Source: an uncultured Anaerolinea sp.
Lineage (GTDB): Bacteria > Chloroflexota > Anaerolineae > Anaerolineales > Villigracilaceae
Assembly (NCBI GenBank): GCA_964536185.1
Contig: CAZHWV010000006.1
Span: forward strand, 502 to 64,501
Length of the DNA stretch: 64,000 bases
Reading direction: 5' to 3'
Shown here: one piece after another, positions 19,158 through 29,429 of the stretch
Layout: each line of letters opens with the position of its first letter
Position numbering within the stretch: position 1 is the stretch's first letter
The notes under the pieces: generated by a model
The model's input: the letters and a program-made list of their open reading frames with translations, nothing else
Told to the model about the DNA's origin: nothing
Databases searched by the model: none
Position numbers and translations under genes: made by a program

Positions 19158-19934
19158 ATGGGAAAACTATCCGGAAAAGTAGCCATCGTGACCGGCGCAA
19201 CCAGTGGTATTGGCCGCGCAACCGCGCTTCTCTTTGCTGAAGAAGGCGCAACTGTGGTTTTTAGCGGCCGGCGGGCACATTTAGGCCAGGCTCTCGAGAT
19301 GCAGTTAAAACAGCGGGGCGGGCAGGTTTTGTTTGTCGAAACTGATCATACCCAATCTGAGCAGTGCGCCCGCCTGGTTGCATCTGCCGCGCAGACCTTT
19401 GGTCATATCGACGTTTTGTTCAACAATGCCGGTATTGTCACGAAGGGCACCGCAGAAACTACCAGTGAAGAAGATTGGGATCAGACCATGGCCTTGAATG
19501 TCACGGCTGTGTGGCGCATGTCCCGGCTGGTCATACCTGAACTGCGCAAGGCGGGCGGCGGCGTGATTGTCAATAACGCTTCGGACTGGGCCGTGGTGGG
19601 CGGGAAAGGCGCGCTGCCTTATGCAGTCAGCAAAGGCGCGGTGGCCCAGATGACCAAAAGTATGGCGCTTGACCATGCCACGGAGAACATTCGCGTAAAT
19701 GCAGTCTGCCCGGGGGATACCTTTGTGGAGAGATGGCTGGAGAAAGGTTATTTCGAGCATTCCGACGCTGTCACGCTTGAAGCAGCGAAAGCAGAATCAG
19801 CCGCCTATCTGCCAATGAAACGCTTTGGATATCCGCAGGAAATTGCGCGCGCGGTCCTTTTTTGGGCTTCGGACGATTCGTCCTTTGTCACCGGGCATTT
19901 ACTGTTGGTGGACGGGGGCAATACCGCGCAGTAA
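19158..19934 (+). CDS. Classical SDR oxidoreductase (FabG-like)
   Basis: [10 protein letters not shown] cofactor motif, NNAG, catalytic YAVSKGA (YxxxK). Confidence 0.9.
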   Translation: MGKLSGKVAIVTGATSGIGRATALLFAEEGATVVFSGRRAHLGQALEMQLKQRGGQVLFVETDHTQSEQCARLVASAAQTFGHIDVLFNNAGIVTKGTAETTSEEDWDQTMALNVTAVWRMSRLVIPELRKAGGGVIVNNASDWAVVGGKGALPYAVSKGAVAQMTKSMALDHATENIRVNAVCPGDTFVERWLEKGYFEHSDAVTLEAAKAESAAYLPMKRFGYPQEIARAVLFWASDDSSFVTGHLLLVDGGNTAQ

Positions 19935-20002
19935 CAGGCATGGTGCCTGGGGGACCATTATTTGATTTTCGTTAGCGTTTTGTTTGCCAGTGACCTGGTA
20001 GC

Positions 20003-20031
20003 TTGACAAATGCTTTCGCGAGGTATATATG
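20003..20031 (+). promoter_or_regulatory. Sigma-70-like promoter
   Basis: TTGACA (20003-20008) followed by a TATATAT tract at 15-17 nt spacing (20024-20031). Confidence 0.5.
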
Positions 20032-20039
20032 TATTAGTG

Positions 20040-20066
20040 TACTTAACTAATATGCATACTTAACTA
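20040..20066 (+). repeat. Direct 10-bp repeat TACTTAACTA x2 (operator-like)
   Basis: Exact copies at 20040-20049 and 20057-20066, separated by 7 nt, immediately downstream of the -10 element. Confidence 0.45.
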
Positions 20067-20296
20067 TGATAGATTTAGTCCAATTGATCGCTGCTATCCG
20101 CCAATGAATGGAAAATTTTCCACCTGTTCCGTCTGCGGGTGGACACGTTAGGTCAAGGCTTCCGGGCTCTCCTGCCGTAGTTTGATATTCTGATGAATCA
20201 CCACTACCGGCATACTTGTGGCCTCTCGGATATGGGCGCACACTGGCAGATCAGCTTTGCCAGCCAGGCGGTAGAAATGTTGGTTAAGAAAGGAAT

Positions 20297-22240
20297 TTGA
20301 CCGTGCAAGCCTCTCAAAGTATGTCCCGGCGCGCTCCGCGCCAATCGATGGCCTCTCAAGGCAATGTTATTCGACGAGCCTCACGCTACCTGTGGAATTA
20401 TCGCGGCCAGGCTTCTCTGCCTTATATTTTCCTGTTTGTGGCTACGCTCTCGCAACTGGTCGTTCCTCGCTTGATCCGCAGCATCATTGATGCGGTTACG
20501 AGCGGTGTCATCGCAGCAAAGATGCTTGAGGCGCTGGATAGAATCCCAGCCATGGCCATGTCTCAAGCCTTGCCGAAGGTCCTGGAATTTCTGAAATATG
20601 ATTCCACCTGGACCCAGGCGCAGCTGGTTAACCAGTTGACTGCGGATAAAACTAACGCACCTACCCAGTTAATTCAGGCGGGGTTGTTGATTGTGGGGTT
20701 TGCAGTATTACGCGGTGTCTTTGCTTTTTTGCAATCCTACTGGGCCGAGCGAAATTCGCAAGCAGTTGCCTTCGACCTGCGTAATGACCTGTATGCCAAG
20801 ATCCAGCGCCTGTCGTTTTCGTACCATGACCAGAACCAGACCGGCCAGCTGATGATCCGCGCCACGGATGATGTCGAGAAACTGCGTCTGTTCCTGGGCC
20901 AGGGTTTGTTGCAGCTCGTCGGCGCCATTCTACTGTTGACTGCCACCCTTATCATTTTGTTTACCACCAATTCTCAGCTGGCTCTGGCCACGATCTGGAT
21001 CATGCCGGTTGCGCTGGTCCTGTTTATGTTTTTTGGCAGTGTCAGCCAGCCTCTTTTTTCAAAAGTCCAACAAAAACTATCGGCTTTGAACACCATCCTG
21101 CAGGAAAACCTGGCAGGGATCAAGGTTGTCAAAGCGTTCACCCGTGAAAAGAGCGAAGAAGTCAAGTTTAAGGCCGCGGCTGATGAATTGATGGCACAGC
21201 AGATCGTCATTGCGCGCTTGTTTACCTTTCTGATGCCGTTGGTCTTTCTGATCGCCAATTTGGGGCAAGCCTCCATGCTGTATGTGGGCGGCCGGCAAAT
21301 CATCCTGGGTACTCTCAGCCTTGGGGAGTGGCAGGAATTCAGTATGTACCTTATGTACATCTTTTTCCCGGTTGCCCAGCTTGGCTTTATCATCACCCAG
21401 TTTGGACAGGCAGCGGCCTCGGCCACTCGCATTTTTGAGATATTGGACGCCAAATCGGATGTGACCGACAAGCCCGGCGCTATAGACCTGCCGCAGGTTA
21501 CCGGCAATATAAATTTCGAAAATGTCACTTTCCGTTATGTGGGCGGCGGTGAACCGGTATTGGATCATGTCAATTTTGCAGCCAAACCCGGTCAAGTCAT
21601 CGCTCTCTTGGGAGCCACCGGTTCCGGGAAAACATCCATCATCAACCTTCTGCCCCGATTCTACGACCCTACCGAGGGGCGCATTACCATCGATGGACAT
21701 GATCTGCTGGATGTAAGGCTCGAATCACTGCGTGCTCAGATCGGGGTTGTGCTGCAAGAAACCACCCTTTTCGCTGGCAGCATTCGTGACAATATTGCTT
21801 TTGGTAAGCCGGAAGCCACGGATGAAGAGATCGTGGCTGCGGCCAAAGCGGCGGCAGCGCATGATTTCATCCTTTCCTTTGCGGAAGGTTACACCACTCC
21901 CGTCGGTGAACGCGGTACCACCCTTTCGGGGGGGCAGAAACAACGTATTGCCATCGCGCGCGCCTTATTGCTTAACCCGCGTATTCTTATTCTGGACGAT
22001 TCAACTTCCAGCGTAGACCTGGGTACAGAGGCTACCATCCAGGCCGCTCTGGATACGCTGATGAAAGGTCGTACATCCTTCGTTATCGCCCAGCGTATCA
22101 GCACCGTTATGAATGCTGATCAAATCATTGTGCTCGACAAAGGCAAAGTGGTTGCCATCGGGAAACATGCCGACCTGCTTGAAGAAAATGAAATTTATGC
22201 CGAAATTTATACGTCGCAGTTGATTGGCGACGAGAAGTAG
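20297..22240 (+). CDS. ABC exporter, fused TMD-NBD half-transporter (heterodimer subunit 1)
   Basis: Six-TM exporter domain. Walker A GATGSGKTS, signature LSGGQKQR, Walker B ILILDDSTS. TTG start preceded by AAAGGA. Confidence 0.9.
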   Translation: MTVQASQSMSRRAPRQSMASQGNVIRRASRYLWNYRGQASLPYIFLFVATLSQLVVPRLIRSIIDAVTSGVIAAKMLEALDRIPAMAMSQALPKVLEFLKYDSTWTQAQLVNQLTADKTNAPTQLIQAGLLIVGFAVLRGVFAFLQSYWAERNSQAVAFDLRNDLYAKIQRLSFSYHDQNQTGQLMIRATDDVEKLRLFLGQGLLQLVGAILLLTATLIILFTTNSQLALATIWIMPVALVLFMFFGSVSQPLFSKVQQKLSALNTILQENLAGIKVVKAFTREKSEEVKFKAAADELMAQQIVIARLFTFLMPLVFLIANLGQASMLYVGGRQIILGTLSLGEWQEFSMYLMYIFFPVAQLGFIITQFGQAAASATRIFEILDAKSDVTDKPGAIDLPQVTGNINFENVTFRYVGGGEPVLDHVNFAAKPGQVIALLGATGSGKTSIINLLPRFYDPTEGRITIDGHDLLDVRLESLRAQIGVVLQETTLFAGSIRDNIAFGKPEATDEEIVAAAKAAAAHDFILSFAEGYTTPVGERGTTLSGGQKQRIAIARALLLNPRILILDDSTSSVDLGTEATIQAALDTLMKGRTSFVIAQRISTVMNADQIIVLDKGKVVAIGKHADLLEENEIYAEIYTSQLIGDEK

Positions 22241-22250
22241 GATTATTCTT

Positions 22251-24254
22251 ATGATGCGTGGTCATGGTTTATTAGAGCAAGAAACATCCAAGCCAAAAAG
22301 TGCCGGCGCAACGCTTGGCCGTTTAGGGCGGTATTTTGCGCCTTTCTGGCCGGCCTTGTTGATGGCGGCGTTTTTTGTCATTATCGCCACCTGGGCCCAG
22401 GTGACTACCCCCGAACTGACTGGTCAATTGGTGGACTGCTACCTTTCCCCGGCGGTGGCCTCCAGCAGCCTGAGTTTTCCGGGGGCTGCTACCGACCAAA
22501 GCAGTCCCAGCTCCAACTGCTGGTTGTCTGCCGATAAACAAGCCGATGGCCTGACCCAAAACATTATTAAAAATGTCTTTTCGCTGGGCGGATTGGCCGC
22601 TCCCAAAACAGATGGCAGCCAGACAAACGATGAGCGCCTGGCTGGCCTGGTGCGCATGATTTTGCTGATCATTGTCCTGTTTGTGCTTGGCTCCGTTCTG
22701 ACTGGGACGACTTTTTTCTCCATGACCTGGGCCGGACAGCATGTGCTGCGCTCGCTGCGCACTGAGGTTTTTGAACACCTGCATCGCTTACCGGTCGGTT
22801 ATTATGCGGAACACGAGGCTGGTGATCTGATGAGCAGGATCACCAACGATACTGAAACGATTAACCAGGCCATCAGCTTTGCGCTGGTCAATGTGGCCAG
22901 CGGCGCGCTGCTCTTGGTTTGGATTGCCTACAATATGCTCAGCAAAAATATTCCCTTTGCGCTGCTCAGCATGGCGGTTACCCCGTTGATGGTCATTGTC
23001 ACGTTGTACTTTTCTGACCAGGCGCGCAAGGCTTTCCGTAAAAGTCGCAAAGAAATGGGTTCGGTCAACGCTAGCCTGCAGGAAAGTATCTCGGCTGTGC
23101 GTGAAGCGCAAGCCTTTAACCGCGCGGAAGAGAATATTGATAATTTCCGGGTCACCAATGCTGCCAATCGTGATGCCAATGTGCGCGCTGTGACCTTTAC
23201 CGCTGCCCTGGCGCCCGCCCTTGAAGCGCTTGGTTACCTGGCCCTTGCCATTGTTGTCGGGGCCGGTGGGTTGGCCTTGCTCAATGGGGCAACTTTATTT
23301 GGAACGGCTGTTTCGCTTGGCCTGGTCATCACCTTCCTGGCGTATGTGCAACGTTTTAACCAGCCCATCCAGCAAATCTCGGTGCTTTGGTCTAATATTC
23401 AGAGCGCCATTGCTGGCGCGGAACGCATCTTTGGCCTGCTTGACGAAAAGCCTGCCATCGTGGATGTGCCCAATGCCGAGGACATGAAAACGATCCGAGG
23501 CTGGGTTGAGTTCAGAAACGTGTCCGCTGAATACAAGCCTGGCGAACCGGTGCTCAAGGGTGTCAATTTCATTGCTGAGCCAGGTCAAACGGTTGCCATT
23601 GTTGGGCCAACCGGCGCGGGGAAAACAACCATCATCAACCTGATCCCGCGTTTTTACGACGTGACAGGCGGCGTAGTGACCATTGATGGTACCGATGTTC
23701 GCGAAGTGGCCGCCGAATCCTTGCGTAAACAGATCGGTATTGTCCTGCAGGATACCTTCCTGTTCAGCGCCTCTGTTATCGAAAACGTCCGTTTCGGCAA
23801 TCCGGATGCCAGCGACGATGAAGTCCGTGCCGCCATTGAGCTGGCTCACGCCGACAGCTTCATCGACCGTCTGCCCGAAAAAATGCAGACCGTGCTTGGT
23901 GAACGCGGTTCTGGCCTCAGCCAGGGACAGCGCCAACTGCTTTCGATTGCGCGCGCTGCGCTGGCCAGCCCCAAGATTCTCATTCTAGATGAAGCCACAT
24001 CCAGTGTCGATACCCGCACCGAGCGCCTGATTCAAAAAGCCCTCGAGAAACTGCTCAAGGGTCGCACCAGCTTTGTTATTGCCCATCGCTTGAGTACTAT
24101 TCGGAATGCAGATGTCATTTTGGTGCTGAAAGATGGTGAGATTATCGAACGCGGCAAACATGCAGAGCTGCTCGCTCAAAAGGGTTTCTATTTTGACCTT
24201 TATATGAGCCAGTTCAAAAAACAGGAAGAAATCGAAGCGCTTTTGCAGCAATAA
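22251..24254 (+). CDS. ABC exporter, fused TMD-NBD half-transporter (heterodimer subunit 2)
   Basis: Walker A GPTGAGKTT, signature LSQGQRQL, Walker B ILILDEATS. Long Ser/Pro-rich first extracytoplasmic loop. The ATG lies 10 nt after the upstream stop. Confidence 0.9.
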   Translation: MMRGHGLLEQETSKPKSAGATLGRLGRYFAPFWPALLMAAFFVIIATWAQVTTPELTGQLVDCYLSPAVASSSLSFPGAATDQSSPSSNCWLSADKQADGLTQNIIKNVFSLGGLAAPKTDGSQTNDERLAGLVRMILLIIVLFVLGSVLTGTTFFSMTWAGQHVLRSLRTEVFEHLHRLPVGYYAEHEAGDLMSRITNDTETINQAISFALVNVASGALLLVWIAYNMLSKNIPFALLSMAVTPLMVIVTLYFSDQARKAFRKSRKEMGSVNASLQESISAVREAQAFNRAEENIDNFRVTNAANRDANVRAVTFTAALAPALEALGYLALAIVVGAGGLALLNGATLFGTAVSLGLVITFLAYVQRFNQPIQQISVLWSNIQSAIAGAERIFGLLDEKPAIVDVPNAEDMKTIRGWVEFRNVSAEYKPGEPVLKGVNFIAEPGQTVAIVGPTGAGKTTIINLIPRFYDVTGGVVTIDGTDVREVAAESLRKQIGIVLQDTFLFSASVIENVRFGNPDASDDEVRAAIELAHADSFIDRLPEKMQTVLGERGSGLSQGQRQLLSIARAALASPKILILDEATSSVDTRTERLIQKALEKLLKGRTSFVIAHRLSTIRNADVILVLKDGEIIERGKHAELLAQKGFYFDLYMSQFKKQEEIEALLQQ

Positions 24255-24378
24255 TCTCATAACACCAGGGCAGTTCTCAGCATGGTTTTATTGCAATCTA
24301 GCCCAGTGCTGATTCAAAACGAGCATTGCGGGTCACACGCCAACGAACAGCGGTTGTTCGAACATGTACTTCCCAATC

Positions 24379-24415
24379 AACGAGTGGCGGTGTTTCGTCA
24401 CTCGTTTTCGCTTTC
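24379..24415 (+). terminator. Possible terminator after the ABC exporter pair
   Basis: Stem AACGAGTG / CACTCGTT (8 bp) followed by the T-rich TTCGCTTTCG. Confidence 0.45.
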
Positions 24416-24521
24416 GTAAGTTTGGCTCCTAAAATCTGATGTAAATCGGTGACATCTGTGATCCTGCCTGTGGTTTTTATGCTATCATCATATTGTCAAA
24501 AAATTATCTGGAAGGGATATT

Positions 24522-24770
24522 ATGTGCCCAGCAAATCGACATGGCCATATGGCGAGCGAAAACAAGGATCGAAAGGATTCGAATCCAGATGATTTGCGCG
24601 AGCTTTCAGAGAACTTGGCCCAGGAAAAGCCTGCCCAACCTGGGCCGGCAGCCTCTCATTTATCTGCGCAGGCAGAACAAGATGATGGCAATATTCGATC
24701 CTTTGAAAAATTAAAAATGACTGCGGATAAGGCGCGCCAGGCCTTCGCGAATGAAATGGCAATTCAATAG
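24522..24770 (+). CDS. Small hydrophilic ORF (82 codons) ending in a TAG that is in frame with the downstream HK ORF
   Basis: ATG preceded by GGAAGGG at 5-6 nt. The product is acidic and probably disordered. The stop TAG (24768-24770) is in the same frame as 24840-27932, with no other stop between them. Confidence 0.4.
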   Translation: MCPANRHGHMASENKDRKDSNPDDLRELSENLAQEKPAQPGPAASHLSAQAEQDDGNIRSFEKLKMTADKARQAFANEMAIQ

Positions 24771-24796
24771 TACAGGCTTGCTCTGGCAAGCCTGTA
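24771..24796 (+). other. Perfect 11-bp hairpin directly abutting the TAG
   Basis: TACAGGCTTGC tctg GCAAGCCTGTA. G24770 can also pair with C24797, giving 12 bp. There is no T-tract after it. Confidence 0.6.
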
Positions 24797-24839
24797 CGCG
24801 CGTTCAGATCCGGTTGATGCTTTCCTGGAATATGATTTA

Positions 24840-27800
24840 TTGGCTGGCCGAGAAGCTTGCTACGGTCTGCTTGGTTCGTTTGTTGAGCAGCAAGCTGATC
24901 TGGATGGAATGAAGCGCCTGGCTGAAGCATTGAATGATATTCCCAGGCAGATCCAGACCATAATCAGCCAGGTGACCCTGCAGATCACCCTTGGGAATTA
25001 TGCAGTCGCGCGGCAAACTGCTGAAACGGGTCTAAAACTTGCGCTCAGCCTGCAGACTGGCAATTGTAGCCTGCAGGCTGGATGTTTAACTTCCCTGGGT
25101 GTCGCATTAAATAAGTCAGGTGATTTCGAAAATTCACTTAGCTCGCATAAGGAAGCCTTGCATATTTATCGTGAGCTGGGTGAGGCAAAAGGTGAGGCGT
25201 TAAGTTTAAGATGTTTGGCCGATTGCCTGAAGGATATGGGACAATCTGTCCTGGCGCAAGAATATGCCGAACAATCCTGCGCGCTTTACCACACTATAGG
25301 TGAGCAGTCTGGCCAGGCGCACTGCTTTAATATTCTGGGAATTGTTACCAGTGACCTGGCGCAGGCGCGTATCTATTATGAACAATCCCTGTTGATTTTT
25401 CAGACCGTTGGTGATTACGCATGGCAGGCAAACCTGTACAACAATTTGGGACTGGTCTATTGGCGAATGGGTCTATATGGCAAGGCGCGCGACTACCTGG
25501 AGCAGGCCGTGCAGACTGTGCGGGATATACGCGGACATTCCAGCCTGGCCAGCTTTTTGGAAAGCCTGGGTCGGATCTATATTGAGCTGGGCAAATATGA
25601 TGAAGCTCAGCATGTCCTGACAGAAGGGTGTGATTTATCCCGCGAGATTGGCGATAGGTTGTCAGAGTCAATGTATTTGATGATGTTGGGGCGTGTGGCG
25701 CTGGCAGGCGGAAAATTGGAAAAAGCCAGGGACTTGATCCAGCTGGCTCGCGATATGCAACGCAGTATGGGCACCCCCGGTTACCTGGTGACGTCATTGG
25801 CCTGGCTGGGCGCTGTCTTTCTAAAAATGGGTGATTACAAATCGGCCCGCCTGTTTTCAGAACAGGCCATTGCGCAGCTCGAATTGACCGGAAGGGTTAG
25901 CGAATATCCCAGCCAGGATGTCTGGTGGTTTCACTACCAAATCCTAAAATCAGAATTGCTCAGAGCAGCTCGAAACTTTGATCCAACCATGCACATGGAA
26001 GACCTGGTGCTTGATGAACCAGCCTGGAAATGTCTGCGGAATGCCCGCGATTCTATGCTGGCTGGTATTGCGACCTTGAGTGACAATGGATTACGCCGCA
26101 ATTATTTAAATAAAGTCAAATTTAACCGGGAAATCCTTTTTGAATGGGCGCTTTTTTCGGTAAAACGACTCGAAATGGGTGATTTTCCCAAGCCACTGGA
26201 AGAACTTGGCCCTGAACCCGAGACAGAATTTTCGACCGAATCTGTGCATACTCATGTCAGGTTGAAGCGTTTGTTGGATATCAGTTTGCAAATGAATGCG
26301 ACTCTCAACCCCGATACCCTGCTGGATTTCGTCATCGACAATGTGATTGAATTGAGTGGCGCGGAGCGCGGCTTTTTAGCTTTTGTACAAGAGACAGGCG
26401 AATTGGATTTTAAGGTTGAGCGTGGCATGGATCAGGTAGAAATTAAGATTTCGGATTATCCTCAGATCCAGTCTGTCCTTGAGCAAGTAATCCAGGCGAG
26501 AACGCCGGTTTTGCTTGAATATGCTGATGGGCAGGAGGCCCTAACCGAAGGGTTGAGAAACCAGTTGACCCAGCGCTCAGCAATCTGCTTGCCCTTATTA
26601 AGGCGTTCCGAATTGATCGGGATGATTTATGCCGATAATCACTGCATCAGCGGTCGCTTTATACAGGCAGATGTGGATTTGTTGTCTATTTTTGCAAACC
26701 AGGCGGCAACTGCCATTGAAAATGCGCGCCTTTTCCGCGAACGGGAACGCCGGATCACAGAACTGTCCATTCTCGATGAGATTAGCCGGTCACTCTCTTC
26801 TACCCTCAATTTGGATGAACTGCTAGAGACAGTCTACCAGCAGGTTGGTCGTCTGTTTGATGTGACCAATTTCCACATCGCTACATACCAGGAGGGTGAT
26901 ACTGAATGGGTGGGGGCTTATCAAATGGATCAAGGTCAGCGACAACCAATGGTACGGCACGAGTTGGGACTGGGTCTGACCGGGTATATTTTGCGAAACC
27001 GCCTGCCGATATTGCTGCACTCCAGCGCCGAAAGCCGGTCCTTCAAGGAAGCGCATGGAATCCCGCCTGTTGGTGCGCTGGCTGAATCTTGGATGGGCGT
27101 GCCGCTCATCGCTGCGGATAAGGTTGTTGGGGTCATGGCTATTCAGAGCTACGAATGCGATCATCTTTTCGATGACCATGCCTTAAATCTGTTCTCAACG
27201 ATCAGCCCCCAGGTCGCCATCGCCATCCGCAACACACGCTTATATGAAGAAAAAAGCCGCGCAAACAGGGACCTTGAATCTTTCAGTTACTCTGTTTCGC
27301 ATGACTTGCGCGCCCCCATTCGGGCGATTAATGGGTTCAGCAGTATTTTGCTTGAAAATCACTACGACCAGTTGGATGATGAAGGTAAACAATACCTCAA
27401 GCGGGTGAATGCGGCTGGACTGCGCATGGGCGTATTGATCGATGATATATTAAGGCTTTCACGGGTTACGCGTGGTGAGATCTGGCGTGGGCTGCTTGAT
27501 TTGAGCCAAATGGCCCAGGCGGTTATTAGCGACCTTCAGAATACGTCTCAAGATCGCCAGGTTGAAGTGCTCATTGCCCCTGATTTGAAGGTCAACGCTG
27601 ATCCAAATTTGCTACGTATCGTTCTAGAAAACCTGCTGGGAAATGCCTGGAAATTTACGCAAAAACACCCCACAGCCAGAATAGAACTGGGCGTTACAAA
27701 AAAAGATGACCAGACCACTTATTTTGTGCGCGATGACGGGGCTGGCTTTGATATGGCTTACGCTGCCAAGTTGTTTGGCGCTTTTCAACGTTTGCATCCG

Positions 27801-27932
27801 GCCACAGAATTTGATGGTACTGGTATCGGTTTGGCAACTGTCCAGAGGATTATTCAGCGGCATGGCGGTTCGATTTGGGCCGAGGCCGCTCCTGAACAGG
27901 GGGCTACTTTTTATTTTACTCTTCCGGGTTAG
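24840..27932 (+). CDS. TPR-GAF-GAF sensor histidine kinase (HisKA + HATPase_c)
   Basis: N-terminal TPR units, two GAF blocks, H-box [19 protein letters not shown]-box LLGNAWKF, G-boxes DDGAGFD and GTGIGLATV. The start is uncertain: TTG 24840, ATG 24909, or 24522 if the TAG is not a true stop. Confidence 0.85.
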   Translation: MAGREACYGLLGSFVEQQADLDGMKRLAEALNDIPRQIQTIISQVTLQITLGNYAVARQTAETGLKLALSLQTGNCSLQAGCLTSLGVALNKSGDFENSLSSHKEALHIYRELGEAKGEALSLRCLADCLKDMGQSVLAQEYAEQSCALYHTIGEQSGQAHCFNILGIVTSDLAQARIYYEQSLLIFQTVGDYAWQANLYNNLGLVYWRMGLYGKARDYLEQAVQTVRDIRGHSSLASFLESLGRIYIELGKYDEAQHVLTEGCDLSREIGDRLSESMYLMMLGRVALAGGKLEKARDLIQLARDMQRSMGTPGYLVTSLAWLGAVFLKMGDYKSARLFSEQAIAQLELTGRVSEYPSQDVWWFHYQILKSELLRAARNFDPTMHMEDLVLDEPAWKCLRNARDSMLAGIATLSDNGLRRNYLNKVKFNREILFEWALFSVKRLEMGDFPKPLEELGPEPETEFSTESVHTHVRLKRLLDISLQMNATLNPDTLLDFVIDNVIELSGAERGFLAFVQETGELDFKVERGMDQVEIKISDYPQIQSVLEQVIQARTPVLLEYADGQEALTEGLRNQLTQRSAICLPLLRRSELIGMIYADNHCISGRFIQADVDLLSIFANQAATAIENARLFRERERRITELSILDEISRSLSSTLNLDELLETVYQQVGRLFDVTNFHIATYQEGDTEWVGAYQMDQGQRQPMVRHELGLGLTGYILRNRLPILLHSSAESRSFKEAHGIPPVGALAESWMGVPLIAADKVVGVMAIQSYECDHLFDDHALNLFSTISPQVAIAIRNTRLYEEKSRANRDLESFSYSVSHDLRAPIRAINGFSSILLENHYDQLDDEGKQYLKRVNAAGLRMGVLIDDILRLSRVTRGEIWRGLLDLSQMAQAVISDLQNTSQDRQVEVLIAPDLKVNADPNLLRIVLENLLGNAWKFTQKHPTARIELGVTKKDDQTTYFVRDDGAGFDMAYAAKLFGAFQRLHPATEFDGTGIGLATVQRIIQRHGGSIWAEAAPEQGATFYFTLPG

Positions 27933-27947
27933 GCGGGTCTTGCGCAT

Positions 27948-27995
27948 AAAACCGTTGTCGCCAATCTTTGAAAAAAGATTGGCGACAACGGTTTT
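27948..27995. terminator. Bidirectional terminator hairpin between convergent genes
   Basis: Perfect 22-bp stem AAAACCGTTGTCGCCAATCTTT / AAAGATTGGCGACAACGGTTTT with a GAAA tetraloop. A/T runs at both stem ends. Confidence 0.8.
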
Positions 27996-28013
27996 GCTTC
28001 AGGTCGAAAATTT

Positions 28014-29177
28014 CTAATGGGCTGAAATGTACGGCATGGCCGAGCGTTCGACAGCCTCGACCGGTAAGACATCCAGCAGTTGATAAGCGCGGCTGCCCAG
28101 GCCCAATTTTTCAGCATACTCGAGGGCTATATACGGATCCTTATGGGGTCCGTGCAGCCAGCGGAAGGGATGTCCTTCGCGCGTATGTACTTCCATCACT
28201 GTTGGTAGGTTTTCTTCGATTAACTGCGTTTTACCGGTTATATCCAGTACAGCCTGGTCAATCGCAACAATATCGTTCGAACCAAAAACACCCGCGTCTG
28301 GCAAGATCGGCATAGATGTGAACCCGAAACAGTCGCATACCGGGGTCATGTGCGTGGCCAGGGCCAGGTTTATGACTTTTTCTTTGGCAAAGGTTGAAAG
28401 AACCACTTGCGCGGAAATTGCTACCGCTTCCTGGAAGCTGTGGAAGTTGACGGGATCAATTTTCAAGCTGCCGCTGGGAGCCACCTTCAGGCAGCGCCCG
28501 CACTGGTTGCACTGTTCCATGTGCAGATGCAGTTGTCCGGCATTTTCTTTAGACTCGACCAGTGCTTCAAAAGGACAGGCTGCCAGAATGCGTTGGCGGT
28601 CAGCCGGGTCAGGGCATTTTTCGGGAAACCAATACGGGTCATAGTGCATGACATCATGCATTGCGCTGCGGGTTTCACCCGCCATGCAGCCCAGGGCAAT
28701 ATTCTTGAATGCGCCCCCAAAACCACAGCTCGGATGTCCTTTGATGTGGGCAAAGTTGACCATAAAGCTGGAATCCTGGATCAATCCGGCCACTTTCCAG
28801 CTTTTTATGCTCTTATAGGGCAGCTCATGGTCATAGAAATATTTTTCATCGGGACCGGCCGCCGGATAAACCGGGCAGCCGATTACTTCAGATGCGTAGC
28901 CGCGTTGTTCAGCTCCGGCGGCATCCCAGTTAATATCCACTACGAAGGGCTTTCCGCCGCCATCTTTGATCGCCTGGACTACCCGGCGCACAAACACCGG
29001 GTGGATGGTCGAGTAAACCATATTGTTGCCGGTGTGCATTTTGATCGCGACCGTTTCATCTTTGACGCGCTCGCGCAGTTGCAGCTTGTTGATGATTAGA
29101 TCGAGCTTTGCGGGGAGCGTCTCTTTTGCTTCCAGGCGCGCTTGCCTGGCCGAACCGAAGAATACAGTGCTGGTCAT
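28014..29177 (-). CDS. DUF362-domain protein with ferredoxin-type [4Fe-4S] motif
   Basis: N-terminal VAIKMHTGNNMVYSTIHPVFVRRVV...GGKPFVVD is typical of DUF362. Cys motifs: CPFEAL, CNQCGRC and a CDC pair. ATG 29177 is preferred over TTG 29195. Confidence 0.8.
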   Translation of the reverse strand: MTSTVFFGSARQARLEAKETLPAKLDLIINKLQLRERVKDETVAIKMHTGNNMVYSTIHPVFVRRVVQAIKDGGGKPFVVDINWDAAGAEQRGYASEVIGCPVYPAAGPDEKYFYDHELPYKSIKSWKVAGLIQDSSFMVNFAHIKGHPSCGFGGAFKNIALGCMAGETRSAMHDVMHYDPYWFPEKCPDPADRQRILAACPFEALVESKENAGQLHLHMEQCNQCGRCLKVAPSGSLKIDPVNFHSFQEAVAISAQVVLSTFAKEKVINLALATHMTPVCDCFGFTSMPILPDAGVFGSNDIVAIDQAVLDITGKTQLIEENLPTVMEVHTREGHPFRWLHGPHKDPYIALEYAEKLGLGSRAYQLLDVLPVEAVERSAMPYISAH

Positions 29178-29429
29178 TCCTTGCCATCCTTTCAAATGTC
29201 CGCCTTGTTGCGCGGGGGAACTCCATAGGTTTCATTGCCCAGTGCCAAGGGAATAATCGTTCCATCTCCAACACTGGGAAACCTCCATTACAATCGCCGT
29301 CATTATAAAACGAACCGCTGTTTTCTGGTTGTCCTGGCAGGTTTTTGTGAGTTTTGTCATGACACTGATCAGTTTCAATATGTTTTTCGGAGCCATTCTG
29401 TGGTTAAATAGGTTAAGAGGAGCGATATT

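Noticed and set aside
20047-20241. A 64-aa - strand ORF in the exporter leader.
   Set aside because: It has no SD, it overlaps the promoter/leader region, and it has no motif.
20193-20300. A 35-codon upstream ORF whose TGA overlaps the TTG start of the ABC exporter (TTTGA junction).
   Set aside because: There is no SD before its ATG and no recognisable peptide features. A 35-codon open frame in a leader can easily arise by chance.
24575-24586. GGATTCGAATCC, which resembles a tRNA T-arm.
   Set aside because: The flanks cannot form acceptor, D or anticodon stems. The element lies inside the 82-codon ORF.
29196-29429. A possible Moco riboswitch upstream of the MOCOS-like gene, suggested by the hairpin CCCAGTG...CACTGGG followed by GAAACCTCC.
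   Set aside because: Only a generic hairpin is visible. I cannot reproduce the Moco motif consensus from memory with confidence, and the hairpin is closer to the divergent DUF362 start.
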